From assembly GCA_965232515.1 (NCBI GenBank), contig CBDDPY010000002.1, positions 6,912,001 to 6,976,000 on the forward strand: a stretch of DNA of 64,000 nt. The letters run 5' to 3'. Below, piece by piece: positions 20,911 through 31,066 of the stretch. The stretch is from Alphaproteobacteria bacterium. Its GTDB lineage: Bacteria; Pseudomonadota; Alphaproteobacteria; GCA-2731375. A program made the position numbers and the translations under genes. A model generated the notes under the pieces. It saw only the letters and a list, made by a program, of their open reading frames with translations, had not been told where the DNA came from and did not search any database. Position 1 is the first letter of the stretch. Each line of letters opens with the position of its first letter.

Positions 20911-22345
20911 ACGCGAAGCGATCACGCTCACTGATGCCGCCCGCCTGCTTGCGGCGGGAGCGATCGACGCGGTCGGCCTGGCGACCCGATGTCTGGACCA
21001 AATCGCGCGCGACGAAGGCGCGATCAACGCCTTCATCTGGCATGACCGGGAAGCGGCGCTGGCGCGCGCCGGATGGGCCGACACGCAACGGCGGCAGCGA
21101 ACCGCCCTGCCGGCGCTGCTCGGCATTCCGATGGCCCATAAAGACATGTTTGATCTTGCCGGCCGGCGGTCTACATGCGGCGCGGCGATCCGGCGCGACG
21201 AAAGACCCACCGGCTTGGCGACGGCGGTCGGCCGGCTCGAGGAGGCCGGCGCTGTTACGCTGGGCGGGCTGAACATGTCCGAATTCGCACAAGGCACGAC
21301 CGGACATAACCGCCATTTCGGCGATTGTCGTAATCCGTGGAATCCGGCCTTCGTCAGTGGCGGCTCGTCGTCCGGGTCGGGCGCGGCCGTCGCTTCGGGC
21401 ATGGTGCTGGCCTCGCTTGGCTCCGATTCAGGGGGGTCGGTCCGCATTCCGGCATCCTGCTGCGGGGTGACCGGCCTCAAGCCCACCTATGGCCGCGTCA
21501 GCCGGTTCGGTGTGATGCCGCTGGCCTTTTCCGTGGACTGTATCGGGCCGCTGGCGCGCAGCGCGCGCGACTGTGCGCTGGTGATGGCGGCAATTGCCGG
21601 CCCTGATCCGCTCGACAGGACGAGCAGCACCGCGCCGGTGGACGACTACATCGCCGTGCTTGACGGCGCACGCGGCGGTGATTTGTCCGATTGCCGTATC
21701 GGCGTGCCACGCAACGGCTTCTTCGAACATGTCGACACATCGGTTATGGACGGGTTCGAGCGGGCAGTGGATGTTCTTTCGGGCCGTGGCGCGCAACTGC
21801 GCGCGATCGATCTGCCGGTGATGGACGCGGTCGCTGCCTATTCGGCGGTTGTCAGCCGGGTTGAGCTTGCGAGCTTTCACAAACCCTGGATGCGCGGCCG
21901 GCCGGCCGACTACGGCACTAGCGTCAGTGCGCGCATGTATCCGGCTTATGCGATTCCCGGGGTCCATTACGTCGAGGCGCTGCGCCGCCGCGGCGCGGTG
22001 TTGCGCGCCTTCGCCAGCGACGTGTTCAGCGATGTCGATCTGATCGCCGCGCCCACCATAGCCAATACCGTTCCGACGCGCGCGGAAACCGATGTCGAAA
22101 GCGGGCGGCCCGGCGCGGTGGCGAGGTTTCTGTCGCTGTCGGCCAATACGCGGCCGTTCAGCTATCTGGGCCTGCCGGCGATCAGCGCCCCGTGTGGGTT
22201 CGACGCCAATGGCCTGCCGGTTGGCCTACAGCTCGTCGGGCGGCCGTTCGCCGAAGCGCGCCTGCTGCGGGCGGCCGACGCCTATCAGCGCGACACGGAC
22301 TGGCATCTCCTGGCGCCGGCCGGCGCCGCTATCGCATCGGCTTGA
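20885..22345 (+). CDS. Amidase-signature family enzyme (GatA/AtzE-like)
   Basis: AHKD, SGGSSSGSG, GSDSGGSVRIPAS. Confidence 0.9.
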   Translation: MTHQPPPSEREAITLTDAARLLAAGAIDAVGLATRCLDQIARDEGAINAFIWHDREAALARAGWADTQRRQRTALPALLGIPMAHKDMFDLAGRRSTCGAAIRRDERPTGLATAVGRLEEAGAVTLGGLNMSEFAQGTTGHNRHFGDCRNPWNPAFVSGGSSSGSGAAVASGMVLASLGSDSGGSVRIPASCCGVTGLKPTYGRVSRFGVMPLAFSVDCIGPLARSARDCALVMAAIAGPDPLDRTSSTAPVDDYIAVLDGARGGDLSDCRIGVPRNGFFEHVDTSVMDGFERAVDVLSGRGAQLRAIDLPVMDAVAAYSAVVSRVELASFHKPWMRGRPADYGTSVSARMYPAYAIPGVHYVEALRRRGAVLRAFASDVFSDVDLIAAPTIANTVPTRAETDVESGRPGAVARFLSLSANTRPFSYLGLPAISAPCGFDANGLPVGLQLVGRPFAEARLLRAADAYQRDTDWHLLAPAGAAIASA

Positions 22346-22363
22346 AGGAGAAGAGGCACCAAA

Positions 22364-22570
22364 ATGGATAGCGAGCTCGAACGCAGCTTTGTGGAAGGGT
22401 TTCGGCGGGCGGGACTGAGCTTGCCGACCGAACGTTTCGACCTGATGGTGCGGGCGTTTGCAGGCTATCGCGAGCTCGCCGCACATCTTGAGGCGCCGAT
22501 GCGCTATGACGACGAGCCGGCGGGACTATATCGGCCGGTCAGCGGTCGCGACACCGACGAAGCCCGTTAG
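22364..22570 (+). CDS. Small protein (68 aa), putative amidase partner subunit (AtzG/GatC-like)
   Basis: GAGG RBS, AGLSLPTER...DDEPAGLY, stop 1 nt before the next amidase start. Confidence 0.7.
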   Translation: MDSELERSFVEGFRRAGLSLPTERFDLMVRAFAGYRELAAHLEAPMRYDDEPAGLYRPVSGRDTDEAR

Positions 22571-22571
22571 C

Positions 22572-23963
22572 GTGGCCGACGCCGTTCCGACGCTGGCCGA
22601 AGCGTCACGCTTGATCGCGGCCGGCGCGCTGTCGCCGGTCGAACTCACGCAGGCTGCGCTCGCGCGGGTCGAGGCGCTCGATCCCCTGCTTCACGCCTTC
22701 ATCACCATTTTGCCCGAGCGCGCCCTGGCGGCCGCGCGCACTGCCGAGGCGGAACTGGCCAGAGGAGAACGCCGCGGTCCGCTGCACGGAATCCCCTACG
22801 CGCTCAAGGACATTATCGATGTCGCTGGCATTGCGACCACCGCGCACTCGCGGTTGCTGCGTGACAACGTCGCCGGCGCGGATGCCGGTGTGACCACACG
22901 ACTGGAAGCGGCCGGCATGGTGCTGCTCGGCAAGACGTCGCTGCACGAATTCGCGCGCGGAGGACCAGGCGACCACTTGCCCTGGCCCAATGCACAGAAC
23001 CCATGGAATGCGGATCATTCGTGTGGCGGATCGAGCTCCGGTTCGGCGGTGGCGGTTGCCTCCGGCATGGTCGGCCTTGCGATCGGCACCGATACGGGCG
23101 GTTCGGTGCGTTTTCCGGCCGCCTGTACAGGCATTGTCGGCCTCAAGCCCACATATGGCTACGTCAGCCGGCGTGGCGTCATACCGCTGAGCTTCAGCCT
23201 CGATCATGTCGGCCCGCTGACGCGCACCGTGGCCGATTGCGCATTGGCGCTTGCGGTGATGGCGGAGCATGATGGCCGCGATGCCGGCTCGACGGCGGCT
23301 GGGTCCGTCGAGGGCCTGTCGGTCGTTGGCGCCCCGGTTGCGGGCATGCGGATCGGCGTCGCGCGTGCCTACGACGCCGAATCGGCCGTCGACGACGAGC
23401 AGCACGAGGCGGTTGAGCGGGCCGTTGCTGCACTTTCGCAGCTCGGCGCAGAGGTCAGCGATGTAGCGTTGCCGCGCCGCGATCTCTATGATGCGGCGGC
23501 ATGGACGATCATCCTGGCGGAGGGATTCTCGGTTCACCAGCACGACTTGCGGCAGCGGGCGGACCAATATGGGCGCACCGCGCGCGAGCGGTTGAGCATC
23601 GGCGCGTTCGTAACGGCCGCCGACTATGTTCAAGCCCAACGCCTGCGCGCGCTCCTAATTGCGGAGACCGACAACGCGCTGATGGGATTCGACGCCTTGC
23701 TGTGCGCCGGGGCGGTCAGCGCGCCGCCGAGGCTCGATCAGGTCGATGATGGCCCATGGCGTGGGAAGCACCCCATCACCGCGCCTTTCAATCTGACCGG
23801 ACACCCGGCGCTTGCGGTACCCGCCGGCATCGCCGCCAACGGGCTGCCCTTGTCGGTGCAGCTTGTCGGCAAGTGCTTTGACGAGGCGAAGCTGCTGCGC
23901 ATCGGCCATGCGCTCGAGCAATCGGTGGAGTTGGGCGACTTTCAGCCGCCATGGACGCGTTAG
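22572..23963 (+). CDS. Amidase-signature family enzyme (GatA/AtzE-like)
   Basis: GPLHGIPYALKD, GGSSSGS, GTDTGGSVRFPAA. Confidence 0.9.
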   Translation: MADAVPTLAEASRLIAAGALSPVELTQAALARVEALDPLLHAFITILPERALAAARTAEAELARGERRGPLHGIPYALKDIIDVAGIATTAHSRLLRDNVAGADAGVTTRLEAAGMVLLGKTSLHEFARGGPGDHLPWPNAQNPWNADHSCGGSSSGSAVAVASGMVGLAIGTDTGGSVRFPAACTGIVGLKPTYGYVSRRGVIPLSFSLDHVGPLTRTVADCALALAVMAEHDGRDAGSTAAGSVEGLSVVGAPVAGMRIGVARAYDAESAVDDEQHEAVERAVAALSQLGAEVSDVALPRRDLYDAAAWTIILAEGFSVHQHDLRQRADQYGRTARERLSIGAFVTAADYVQAQRLRALLIAETDNALMGFDALLCAGAVSAPPRLDQVDDGPWRGKHPITAPFNLTGHPALAVPAGIAANGLPLSVQLVGKCFDEAKLLRIGHALEQSVELGDFQPPWTR

Positions 23964-24067
23964 CGTCGCTGCAGGGACGCGAATGGCGGTCAGTCGCGAA
24001 TAACTTCGATGTACGCGAGCAGAATGTCATCCTACTCTGCCTATTCTTGAACTTCAGGCGGTTTGAG

Positions 24068-24870
24068 GGCATTGACACGTTAACTACTGCGGTTGGCCGT
24101 AATGGTCCGCACCATGCATCAGACTGCGGCACAGCTGTGCCGCCAGACAGCAAACGTCTCGGCCCGGAACGCCTTGAAGATACGGCGTGGCAGGAGGTGG
24201 CGTTAGATGTAGAAGGCGTTCTGGATGGCGGCGTGGATCGACAGGAATCGTTGGGCTGAACCCGGCGACTTGAAACGCTGCTGTTTTCGCTCACGTCGAC
24301 GAACCGGTTGGTGTGAGTTTTCCGCTCGATTGTTTGCACGCAAGCCCCGATCATGGACTGCGGAAAGCCGCTCTTTGCGGATGGCGGCGAGGTACGATTT
24401 GAGCTTGTCCGTGGTGATGCGCTTCGGCGCAAAGCCCTGTTTCTTCAGCAGTTTTCTAAGCAATCTCCTCGCCGATCGAGCGCAGCGCCGGCGCTGGACC
24501 AGGAAGTCGAGCACCTCACCCTCGTCATCGACTGCCCGCCACAGCCAGTACTTTCGATTGCGTATCCGAATGGCCATCTCGTCAAGATGCCAGCGAGCGC
24601 TGGCACGCGGACGGCTGTGGCGAAGATTGCGGGCGATCAGCCGCCCAAACTTCAGAAACCAGCGCCGGACCGTCTCATTCGAAACATCGATGCCACGCTC
24701 AGCCAGTATCTCTTCAACGTCGCGAAACGATAGCGTGAACCGGGCATAGAGCCAGATCGCATGTCGGATAATTTCCGCCGGAAAGCGATGTCGCTTGAAG
24801 GATATCGGTGTCATCCGGCGACGGTAGCGACGCCTGATCGCTCCGCCTAGGCACTTAACGTATCAATGCC
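24068..24870 (-). mobile_element. IS6-family insertion sequence, copy 1 (803 bp)
   Basis: 16-bp terminal IRs GGCATTGA(C/T)ACGTTAA; contains an IS6 transposase. Confidence 0.93.
24203..24814 (-). CDS. IS6-family DDE transposase, C-terminally shortened by TAA
   Basis: FKRHRFP, WHLDEM, ITTDKL, NNRAENSH. Confidence 0.9.
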   Translation of the reverse strand: MTPISFKRHRFPAEIIRHAIWLYARFTLSFRDVEEILAERGIDVSNETVRRWFLKFGRLIARNLRHSRPRASARWHLDEMAIRIRNRKYWLWRAVDDEGEVLDFLVQRRRCARSARRLLRKLLKKQGFAPKRITTDKLKSYLAAIRKERLSAVHDRGLRANNRAENSHQPVRRRERKQQRFKSPGSAQRFLSIHAAIQNAFYI

Positions 24871-24970
24871 GACAATCGTGCACATGTTTAGCGATCATGA
24901 CCGCGGTATGAGCTATCGGCTCGCAGATCACCTCGCCGCCGATCACGGATCGTCGGCGGCTTTCGCATGA

Positions 24971-25855
24971 TCAGGGGTCATCGAGACAACGCTCAGACAC
25001 CGAACCACCGCAGCAAGCAAGCCTAACCGCGGTCGCGATCGGACTCGACGGATCAAGGTATTGGTCCATGATGTTGAAATGATGATATCCGGGCAGGATA
25101 TGGACTTCCGGATCGTGGCCGTGCTGGCGCAGATGACGTGCATAGTCGAAGCTCTGGTCGACCCATGCCCATGGTTCTTGACCGCCGGCAAAGATCCAGA
25201 CCGGGCACGTCGATCGCAGCGGCAGCACCAATGCATTGTTTCGCGCCACGATGGCATCGTCGAGTTTAAGGTCGGGCGCCACACTTGTTTGGCGAGCCGG
25301 CTCCGGGTTGTAGATTCCGCTGATGACGACCGCGCCCTTTATCAAGTCCCGCGGCCTTCCGCGCTCCTGCCAATCCGTTGCCAGCGCCATTGCGCAAAGA
25401 TGCGCACCGGCCGAATTTCCGGAAACACTGATTGCATCGGGACGACCGCCATATTCGCTTATGTTGCCGTAGCACCATGAGATCGCATCCAGCGCCGAAG
25501 CAGTGACTCCGTCGAGCGTTGCCTCGGGGCACAGATGATAGTTGGCGGTCACTACGGTTACCCCGCGCTGGACGAGATCACGTGCTATGAAGGCAAAGTT
25601 GGCCTTGTCTTGCGCACGCCAATAGCCGCCGTGAAAGAAGATGTGCACTGGCGATCCGGCCGCAGCAGGGAATATATCGAGACCGTGCAGCTCGCCGTCG
25701 CCATACTTCACGTCCAGATGCGCGGCCATGGTTTGCCGGCAGACTTGGCTCACCTGGTTGCGATAGGTCTGGAAGCTGGCGAAGTCGACGACCGATTTTT
25801 GCGGGTTGTAGTGGTATTCGCACTCTTCGGCGCTCATGCTTTGCCATATCGACAT
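24971..25855 (-). CDS. Alpha/beta hydrolase, arylformamidase (kynurenine formamidase)-like
   Basis: FFHGGYW, GNSAG nucleophile, HHF. Confidence 0.85.
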   Translation of the reverse strand: MSIWQSMSAEECEYHYNPQKSVVDFASFQTYRNQVSQVCRQTMAAHLDVKYGDGELHGLDIFPAAAGSPVHIFFHGGYWRAQDKANFAFIARDLVQRGVTVVTANYHLCPEATLDGVTASALDAISWCYGNISEYGGRPDAISVSGNSAGAHLCAMALATDWQERGRPRDLIKGAVVISGIYNPEPARQTSVAPDLKLDDAIVARNNALVLPLRSTCPVWIFAGGQEPWAWVDQSFDYARHLRQHGHDPEVHILPGYHHFNIMDQYLDPSSPIATAVRLACCGGSVSERCLDDP

Positions 25856-25856
25856 G

Positions 25857-26729
25857 TCATTCGCCCGAAAAGCAGGGTTCCGGGAAGCCGATCACGCCGG
25901 TGTCGGTGACGGCGAACAGGCTGCCGGCGAGCGGCTGTTCGCGAAGCCCCGTTCCGTCCAGGAAACGGCGGCTTGTAGCGACATAGAGAACATCAAGGTC
26001 CGCCCCTCCAAACGTGCACATGGTCGGATGCTTGACCGGCAGTTCGATGCGCCTTTCCAACCGTCCCCTGGGATCGAAGCAACAAACCGAGCCGTCGTGG
26101 ATCATCGCGCACCAATAGTTGCCGTCGCGGTCCACGGTCGCGCCGTCGACCCTGCCCACCATGTCGTCGGTCCGGAAGAAAATGCGCTTGTTGTCGACAT
26201 TGCCTGTCTCGATGTCATAGTCGTAGGCGTAGACTACCAAGGCCCGTGTATCGGCGAAGTACATCGTTTCGTCGTCAGGGCTCCATGCCAAGCCGTTCGA
26301 AACCGTGATGCCGTCGTCCAGGCGGTGCGTCGACCAATCCGGATCAAGACGCCATAGGACCCCGGCGCCGGGCGCGAAGTTCCGATCCATGGTGCCCACG
26401 AGATAACGGCCACGCCGATCGCATTTTCCATCGTTGAATATGATATCGGGACCGGGTTGAGGATTGACGACCTGTTCCACCGCGACCGGATCAAGCGACA
26501 CCCGGCAGAAACCTGATTGCAGACCGGCGACGATCCCCCCTCTGCGGTCAAAGACCAGGGAGCCGATGATCTCCGGCATCTTCCACGACTGCACGCCGCC
26601 GGTGTTCGGATCGTACCGGCGGATCATTGGACCATACGCATCAACCCAGTACAGGCGACGCTCGGCCGGATTCCAGATGACGCCCTCGCCCAGTATGTCC
26701 TTGGTTTGCGCCACGCACGTGATGTCCAT
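25857..26729 (-). CDS. SMP-30/gluconolactonase family lactonase
   Basis: LGEG, FNDGKCD, SNGLAWSPD, DGATVD. Confidence 0.9.
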   Translation of the reverse strand: MDITCVAQTKDILGEGVIWNPAERRLYWVDAYGPMIRRYDPNTGGVQSWKMPEIIGSLVFDRRGGIVAGLQSGFCRVSLDPVAVEQVVNPQPGPDIIFNDGKCDRRGRYLVGTMDRNFAPGAGVLWRLDPDWSTHRLDDGITVSNGLAWSPDDETMYFADTRALVVYAYDYDIETGNVDNKRIFFRTDDMVGRVDGATVDRDGNYWCAMIHDGSVCCFDPRGRLERRIELPVKHPTMCTFGGADLDVLYVATSRRFLDGTGLREQPLAGSLFAVTDTGVIGFPEPCFSGE

Positions 26730-26739
26730 TCTCTGATCC

Positions 26740-27561
26740 CTAGTTGTCGTCGGTATCCTGGAGGCCCCGACCGACGAGGATGACGGCCAGCGAGGCGATG
26801 ATGAGCGCCAGGCCTGGATACAGCGCCATCCACGGCGCGATCAGCAGGTAGTCCTTGCTTTCCTGCAGGCTGGCGCCCCAATCCGGGGTCGGCGGCTGGA
26901 CGCCGAGACCCAGGAAGCCGAGAGCCGCCTGCACCTGGAGCGCGAGAGGAAACAGGATGATGTATTGGGTGGCGATGCTGGGCAGGATGTTGGGCAGTAT
27001 GTGGCGCAACAGGACGCGATCGTGTCCTGCGCCGAGCGCCTGCGCAGCCTCGATATAGGGCGTGGCGCTTTCGACCATCGTCGTCGACCGTGCGGCTCGA
27101 AAGAAAAGCGGCAGGTAGACGACCGATAGCGCTAAGACCAGATAAGCCACGTTCGAGCCCAGGATGCCGGTGACCATGACACCGAGAAAGATCGGCGGAA
27201 AACTGAGGATCACCTCGATCGACTGGCCTGAGGAGATGTCGGTCCAGCCCCTGGCATAGCCGGCCAGGGAACCAGCCAGACCGCCGACAATCGCGGAAAG
27301 AAGCAACGAGCCCGACACGATACCCAACGTGGTCCTTGCGCCGTGCACCACGCGCGCAAAGACGTCGCGCCCGACATGGTCCGTACCGAACAAGTGGTCG
27401 CCGGACGGCGCTTGCAGCGCGTTCGCCACATCGATCGCCTCGGGCGGGTGGATCGCAAACATGCCCGGCGCGGCGACCACGACCAGCAGTGCCGTAATCA
27501 TCGTCATTCCGGTCGCGAGCCCCGGTCGGGACCGGAGGCGAACAAGAGCGGTCGGGCTCAT
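26740..27561 (-). CDS. Peptide-type ABC permease (DppC-like)
   Basis: FGTDHVGRD, FLGLGVQPPTPDWG. Confidence 0.9.
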   Translation of the reverse strand: MSPTALVRLRSRPGLATGMTMITALLVVVAAPGMFAIHPPEAIDVANALQAPSGDHLFGTDHVGRDVFARVVHGARTTLGIVSGSLLLSAIVGGLAGSLAGYARGWTDISSGQSIEVILSFPPIFLGVMVTGILGSNVAYLVLALSVVYLPLFFRAARSTTMVESATPYIEAAQALGAGHDRVLLRHILPNILPSIATQYIILFPLALQVQAALGFLGLGVQPPTPDWGASLQESKDYLLIAPWMALYPGLALIIASLAVILVGRGLQDTDDN

Positions 27562-28499
27562 GTTCTCAACCTCGGGTCGATTGCCCGATAGAGCAGGTCG
27601 ACAACGAGATTTACGAGGGTGGCCGAGACGAGAACCGCCAGCAGTGCACCTTGGACAACCGGAAAATCCCTTGCATTCAAGGCGCTGACCAGAAGGCGGC
27701 CGAGCCCCGGCAGTCCGAAGATGGATTCGATGACGACGACGCCACCCAGAATCTGGATGAAGATCAACCCCATGAAGGTCGACAGCGGCACCAGGATGTT
27801 GCGCAGGACATGACGCAGGAGGACCCGGCGCATCGGCATGCCGCGGGCGCGGGCTGCACGCACATACTCCTGTCCCAGCGCTGCGACCACGTGTTGGCGG
27901 ACAAATTGCGCGTAGGCCGCGATCTGCAGGAAAGCCAAACTTAGTATGGGCAGCATCAGGATGATCAGGTTCTCCGTGATCGAATGTAGCGGCGAGACAT
28001 AGATTGTCGGGGGGGACCAGCCGAGGAGCTCGGATACACCGAACAGCAGCATCAGCCCGATCCAGAAGACCGGCGTCGCAAGCGCAACGACGTTGAAAGA
28101 CTGAACTGCCGTATCGAGTGCGCTGCCCGGCCAGCGGCCCACGATGAGGCCCAGCGGTATTCCGGCCAACGCTGAGAACGCCAGAACCAGAAAGGCAAGT
28201 TGCAGGGAAACCAGGAACGCCGATGCTACCAGGCCGGTGACCGGCGCGCCCAACCGCCAGGAAACACCCAGGTCACCCTGCAACACACGTCCCAGCCAAT
28301 CGAGATACTGGACATGGATCGGTTCATCCAGGCCGAAGAACCGCCTGAGAACCGCCTCGCCTTCGCTGCCGCCCAACTGTCCCATCATCTGCTCGACGAT
28401 ATCGCCGGGCACGGCGCGGACCATTGCGAACACCACGACGCTCGCAAGGAACAGCGTGACAATCGATGCCGCCAATCGGCGAAGGACGAACGGCGCCAT
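27558..28499 (-). CDS. Peptide-type ABC permease (DppB-like)
   Basis: EYVRAARARG, IFGLPGLG. Confidence 0.9.
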   Translation of the reverse strand: MAPFVLRRLAASIVTLFLASVVVFAMVRAVPGDIVEQMMGQLGGSEGEAVLRRFFGLDEPIHVQYLDWLGRVLQGDLGVSWRLGAPVTGLVASAFLVSLQLAFLVLAFSALAGIPLGLIVGRWPGSALDTAVQSFNVVALATPVFWIGLMLLFGVSELLGWSPPTIYVSPLHSITENLIILMLPILSLAFLQIAAYAQFVRQHVVAALGQEYVRAARARGMPMRRVLLRHVLRNILVPLSTFMGLIFIQILGGVVVIESIFGLPGLGRLLVSALNARDFPVVQGALLAVLVSATLVNLVVDLLYRAIDPRLRT

Positions 28500-28509
28500 G
28501 ACAAATGCG

Positions 28510-30111
28510 TCAGACGTCCAGCCAGGTCTTCACGAGGCCGAAATGCCAGCCGATCGGATGCATGCGGTGGTTCCTGACCTTGTCGGAGACCACGATCAGA
28601 TGATCGGCACCGAACAGCATGATTGTCGGCACGCTCTCCGCGAGTCGCATCTGAAACTGATCATAGATCGACTTGCGCTGTTCATAAGTCAGCGCCGCGC
28701 GGCCCCGATCGAGCAGCGCACTGGCGACATCGTCGTTCCAGTTCCGAAAGTCAGCGCCCTCCGGCTGCTTGCGGAAATGGCGGTAGTAAAGGATGTTGGG
28801 GTCGGGTGGCGTCCCCCAATCGTTGAGCGTAAAGCCCATCTGGCGCGATCGGAAGTTGGTCAGCCAGGTGCCGAGATCGACGCGATTGATGTTTGCCCTT
28901 ATGCCGCCGGCGGCCAGTTGCTGGACCAGGGTCAACGCCGCCGGCTCCATCCATTCATAGCCAATGATCGTCGTCAGGTCGATGTCGAAGCCCTCGGGGT
29001 GACCGGCCTGGGCAAGCAGCGCTTTCGCGCCCGCCACGTCCACGGCCTGGTTCGGCAATTGCTCGATGGGAACGCCCCAACGCTCCTGCATACCCGGAAC
29101 CATGGTGCCAAGCCGCCGGCCGTAGCCCGCGATCCCAGCCTGCATGACGGCATTGCGGTCGATGAGAAGGGCGATGGCCCGTCGGACGCGCTCGTCCGTT
29201 AACGGGCCGTGGGCGCAGTCGAGATCGAGCGTCTTCTGGTTGAGGGAGATCGAACGCTGCACGGAGAGCCCCTCGGCGCCCTCCAACTGCCGTGCGTCCT
29301 GAGGCCGGACCAGTACGGCCATGTCGACACGACCGTTCTTCACCGCGACCAGCATGCCAGCGCTGTTCGGGATGAAATTCACGATGATCTCGTCGAGATA
29401 CGGCAACCCAGGCTGCCAGTAGTCGGGGTTGCGCTCCATCCGGATGAAGCTGTTCTGCCGGAACTCCGCCATGCGGAAGGGGCCGGTGCCGACGCTGGAG
29501 CTGTTCAGCAGAGCCCGGGCGTTCGGCCGATCGTACCAACCGCGCGGAATCGGTGACGCATTGCGGTGGGTCAGGGTAATGAGAAATGCCGAATTCGGCC
29601 CTTTCAGGGTCACTCTGACGACATGCGTGTCCAGAACCTCGACCTGCGCCACGTCGGCGAAATCGCGTGCGCCGATCGTGCCGTTTTCCGGATTGCGCAT
29701 ATAGTCCAGGCTGTACTTGACGTCCTCGGCTTCGAACGGCTCGCCGGTGTGAAAGGTCACCCCTTTACGCAGATTGAACGTGTAGGTCGTGGCGTCCGTC
29801 GAAATCTCCCAGCCTTCGGCGAGAAGCGGGTGAGGATTGCCCGCCGGGTCGGCATATACGAGTGTCTGGTACATCAGAACCGCAACGAAATTCACGGCCT
29901 CACCCGCCTGGTGATAGATGTCCATCGAGGGCGGTTCGATCAACGAGCCGACCGTAAGCCGACCGCCGCTCTTCGCCGCCCGGTCGGCCGCACCGTAGAG
30001 CACGGCATCGCCGGCGAATGCCTGCCGGGAAGACAATGGCGCGCCCAGCAATCCTGCAAGAGGTGCAAGCGCAACACCCTTGAGCAGTGTTCTTCTATAG
30101 ATGTCAGGCAT
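28510..30111 (-). CDS. Peptide-type ABC substrate-binding protein, Tat signal
   Basis: YRRTLLK leader; LRKGVTFHTG, VGTGPF. Confidence 0.9.
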   Translation of the reverse strand: MPDIYRRTLLKGVALAPLAGLLGAPLSSRQAFAGDAVLYGAADRAAKSGGRLTVGSLIEPPSMDIYHQAGEAVNFVAVLMYQTLVYADPAGNPHPLLAEGWEISTDATTYTFNLRKGVTFHTGEPFEAEDVKYSLDYMRNPENGTIGARDFADVAQVEVLDTHVVRVTLKGPNSAFLITLTHRNASPIPRGWYDRPNARALLNSSSVGTGPFRMAEFRQNSFIRMERNPDYWQPGLPYLDEIIVNFIPNSAGMLVAVKNGRVDMAVLVRPQDARQLEGAEGLSVQRSISLNQKTLDLDCAHGPLTDERVRRAIALLIDRNAVMQAGIAGYGRRLGTMVPGMQERWGVPIEQLPNQAVDVAGAKALLAQAGHPEGFDIDLTTIIGYEWMEPAALTLVQQLAAGGIRANINRVDLGTWLTNFRSRQMGFTLNDWGTPPDPNILYYRHFRKQPEGADFRNWNDDVASALLDRGRAALTYEQRKSIYDQFQMRLAESVPTIMLFGADHLIVVSDKVRNHRMHPIGWHFGLVKTWLDV

Positions 30112-31057
30112 TGGCTCCTCCGTTCAGCCCATTGGCTTGTCGAACACAGTCGGCGACGATTTCGCGTGGCGAAAAACGCGGCGCGAAACCCGTCTCGGCC
30201 GCAAGACGCTTGGACGAGACCAAAGGGTAGGCCTCGTCCGCTTCCACCTTCGAAAGGCGCACGTCCAGGTCCGGGCGCAGATGCGTCACGACATCAACGA
30301 TCTCGCCGATATCCGTCGCGCCACCGTTGACGTGGTAAAGCGCTGACAACGGCTCCGGCCTGAGGCACAGGCCGAGAAACGCCGTGGCGACGTCCTCGAC
30401 ATGGACGATGTCGAAGGACCGAGAGCCCCAGCTCAATTTCACGGGCCCGTCCGCCGGCCGATGCGCGAACAACCGCTTGAGCGGGTCCAGAACTCCCGAA
30501 TAGGGATGCCGCGGCCCCAAGACCAGGGTCGGGCGCACAGCGGCGATATCCACGCCCATCACGTCATGGGCATAGATGGAAACCCGCTCGGCCAGCGCTT
30601 TCGTCAGCCCATAGATGTTGCACGGCCGTACCGTCGCGTCCTCGTCGACGGTCACCTTGGCGTTTCCCGCCGTCCGGCCGAGCGCGACCGTCGAGCTCGA
30701 CCAGACGATCCGCCGCACGTCATGTTCCAGTGCGGCTTCGACGACGTTTCTGAGGCCGTCCACATTGACCGCGAATGCTGCGTCCCGGTCCGCCTCGGCC
30801 GATATCGCCAGACCGGTCGCAGGCCGGCTGAACGCGGCAAGAGAGACGATCGCACAGGGGCCGACGCGCCCGACCGCCTCGGACAGCGCAACCCGATCGG
30901 CAACCGATCCGGTTATGAGCTCAATGCCGTCATGCAGCGCATCGCCACCGCCCGCGAGATCAAAACCGGCAACGGCGATACCCTTACGCCGGAGGGCGGC
31001 GACGACAGCCTGTCCGAGAAACCCGCACGCACCGACGACAAGAACCCGCTGAACCAT
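30104..31057 (-). CDS. NAD-dependent epimerase/dehydratase/dehydrogenase (extended SDR)
   Basis: GACGFLG, SSS, YGLTK. Confidence 0.85.
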   Translation of the reverse strand: MVQRVLVVGACGFLGQAVVAALRRKGIAVAGFDLAGGGDALHDGIELITGSVADRVALSEAVGRVGPCAIVSLAAFSRPATGLAISAEADRDAAFAVNVDGLRNVVEAALEHDVRRIVWSSSTVALGRTAGNAKVTVDEDATVRPCNIYGLTKALAERVSIYAHDVMGVDIAAVRPTLVLGPRHPYSGVLDPLKRLFAHRPADGPVKLSWGSRSFDIVHVEDVATAFLGLCLRPEPLSALYHVNGGATDIGEIVDVVTHLRPDLDVRLSKVEADEAYPLVSSKRLAAETGFAPRFSPREIVADCVRQANGLNGGANA

Positions 31058-31066
31058 CGGCCGTCC

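Noticed and set aside
20885-23963. Amidases as GatA of a tRNA-dependent amidotransferase
   Set aside because: No gatB is present, there are several divergent copies, and the context is catabolic
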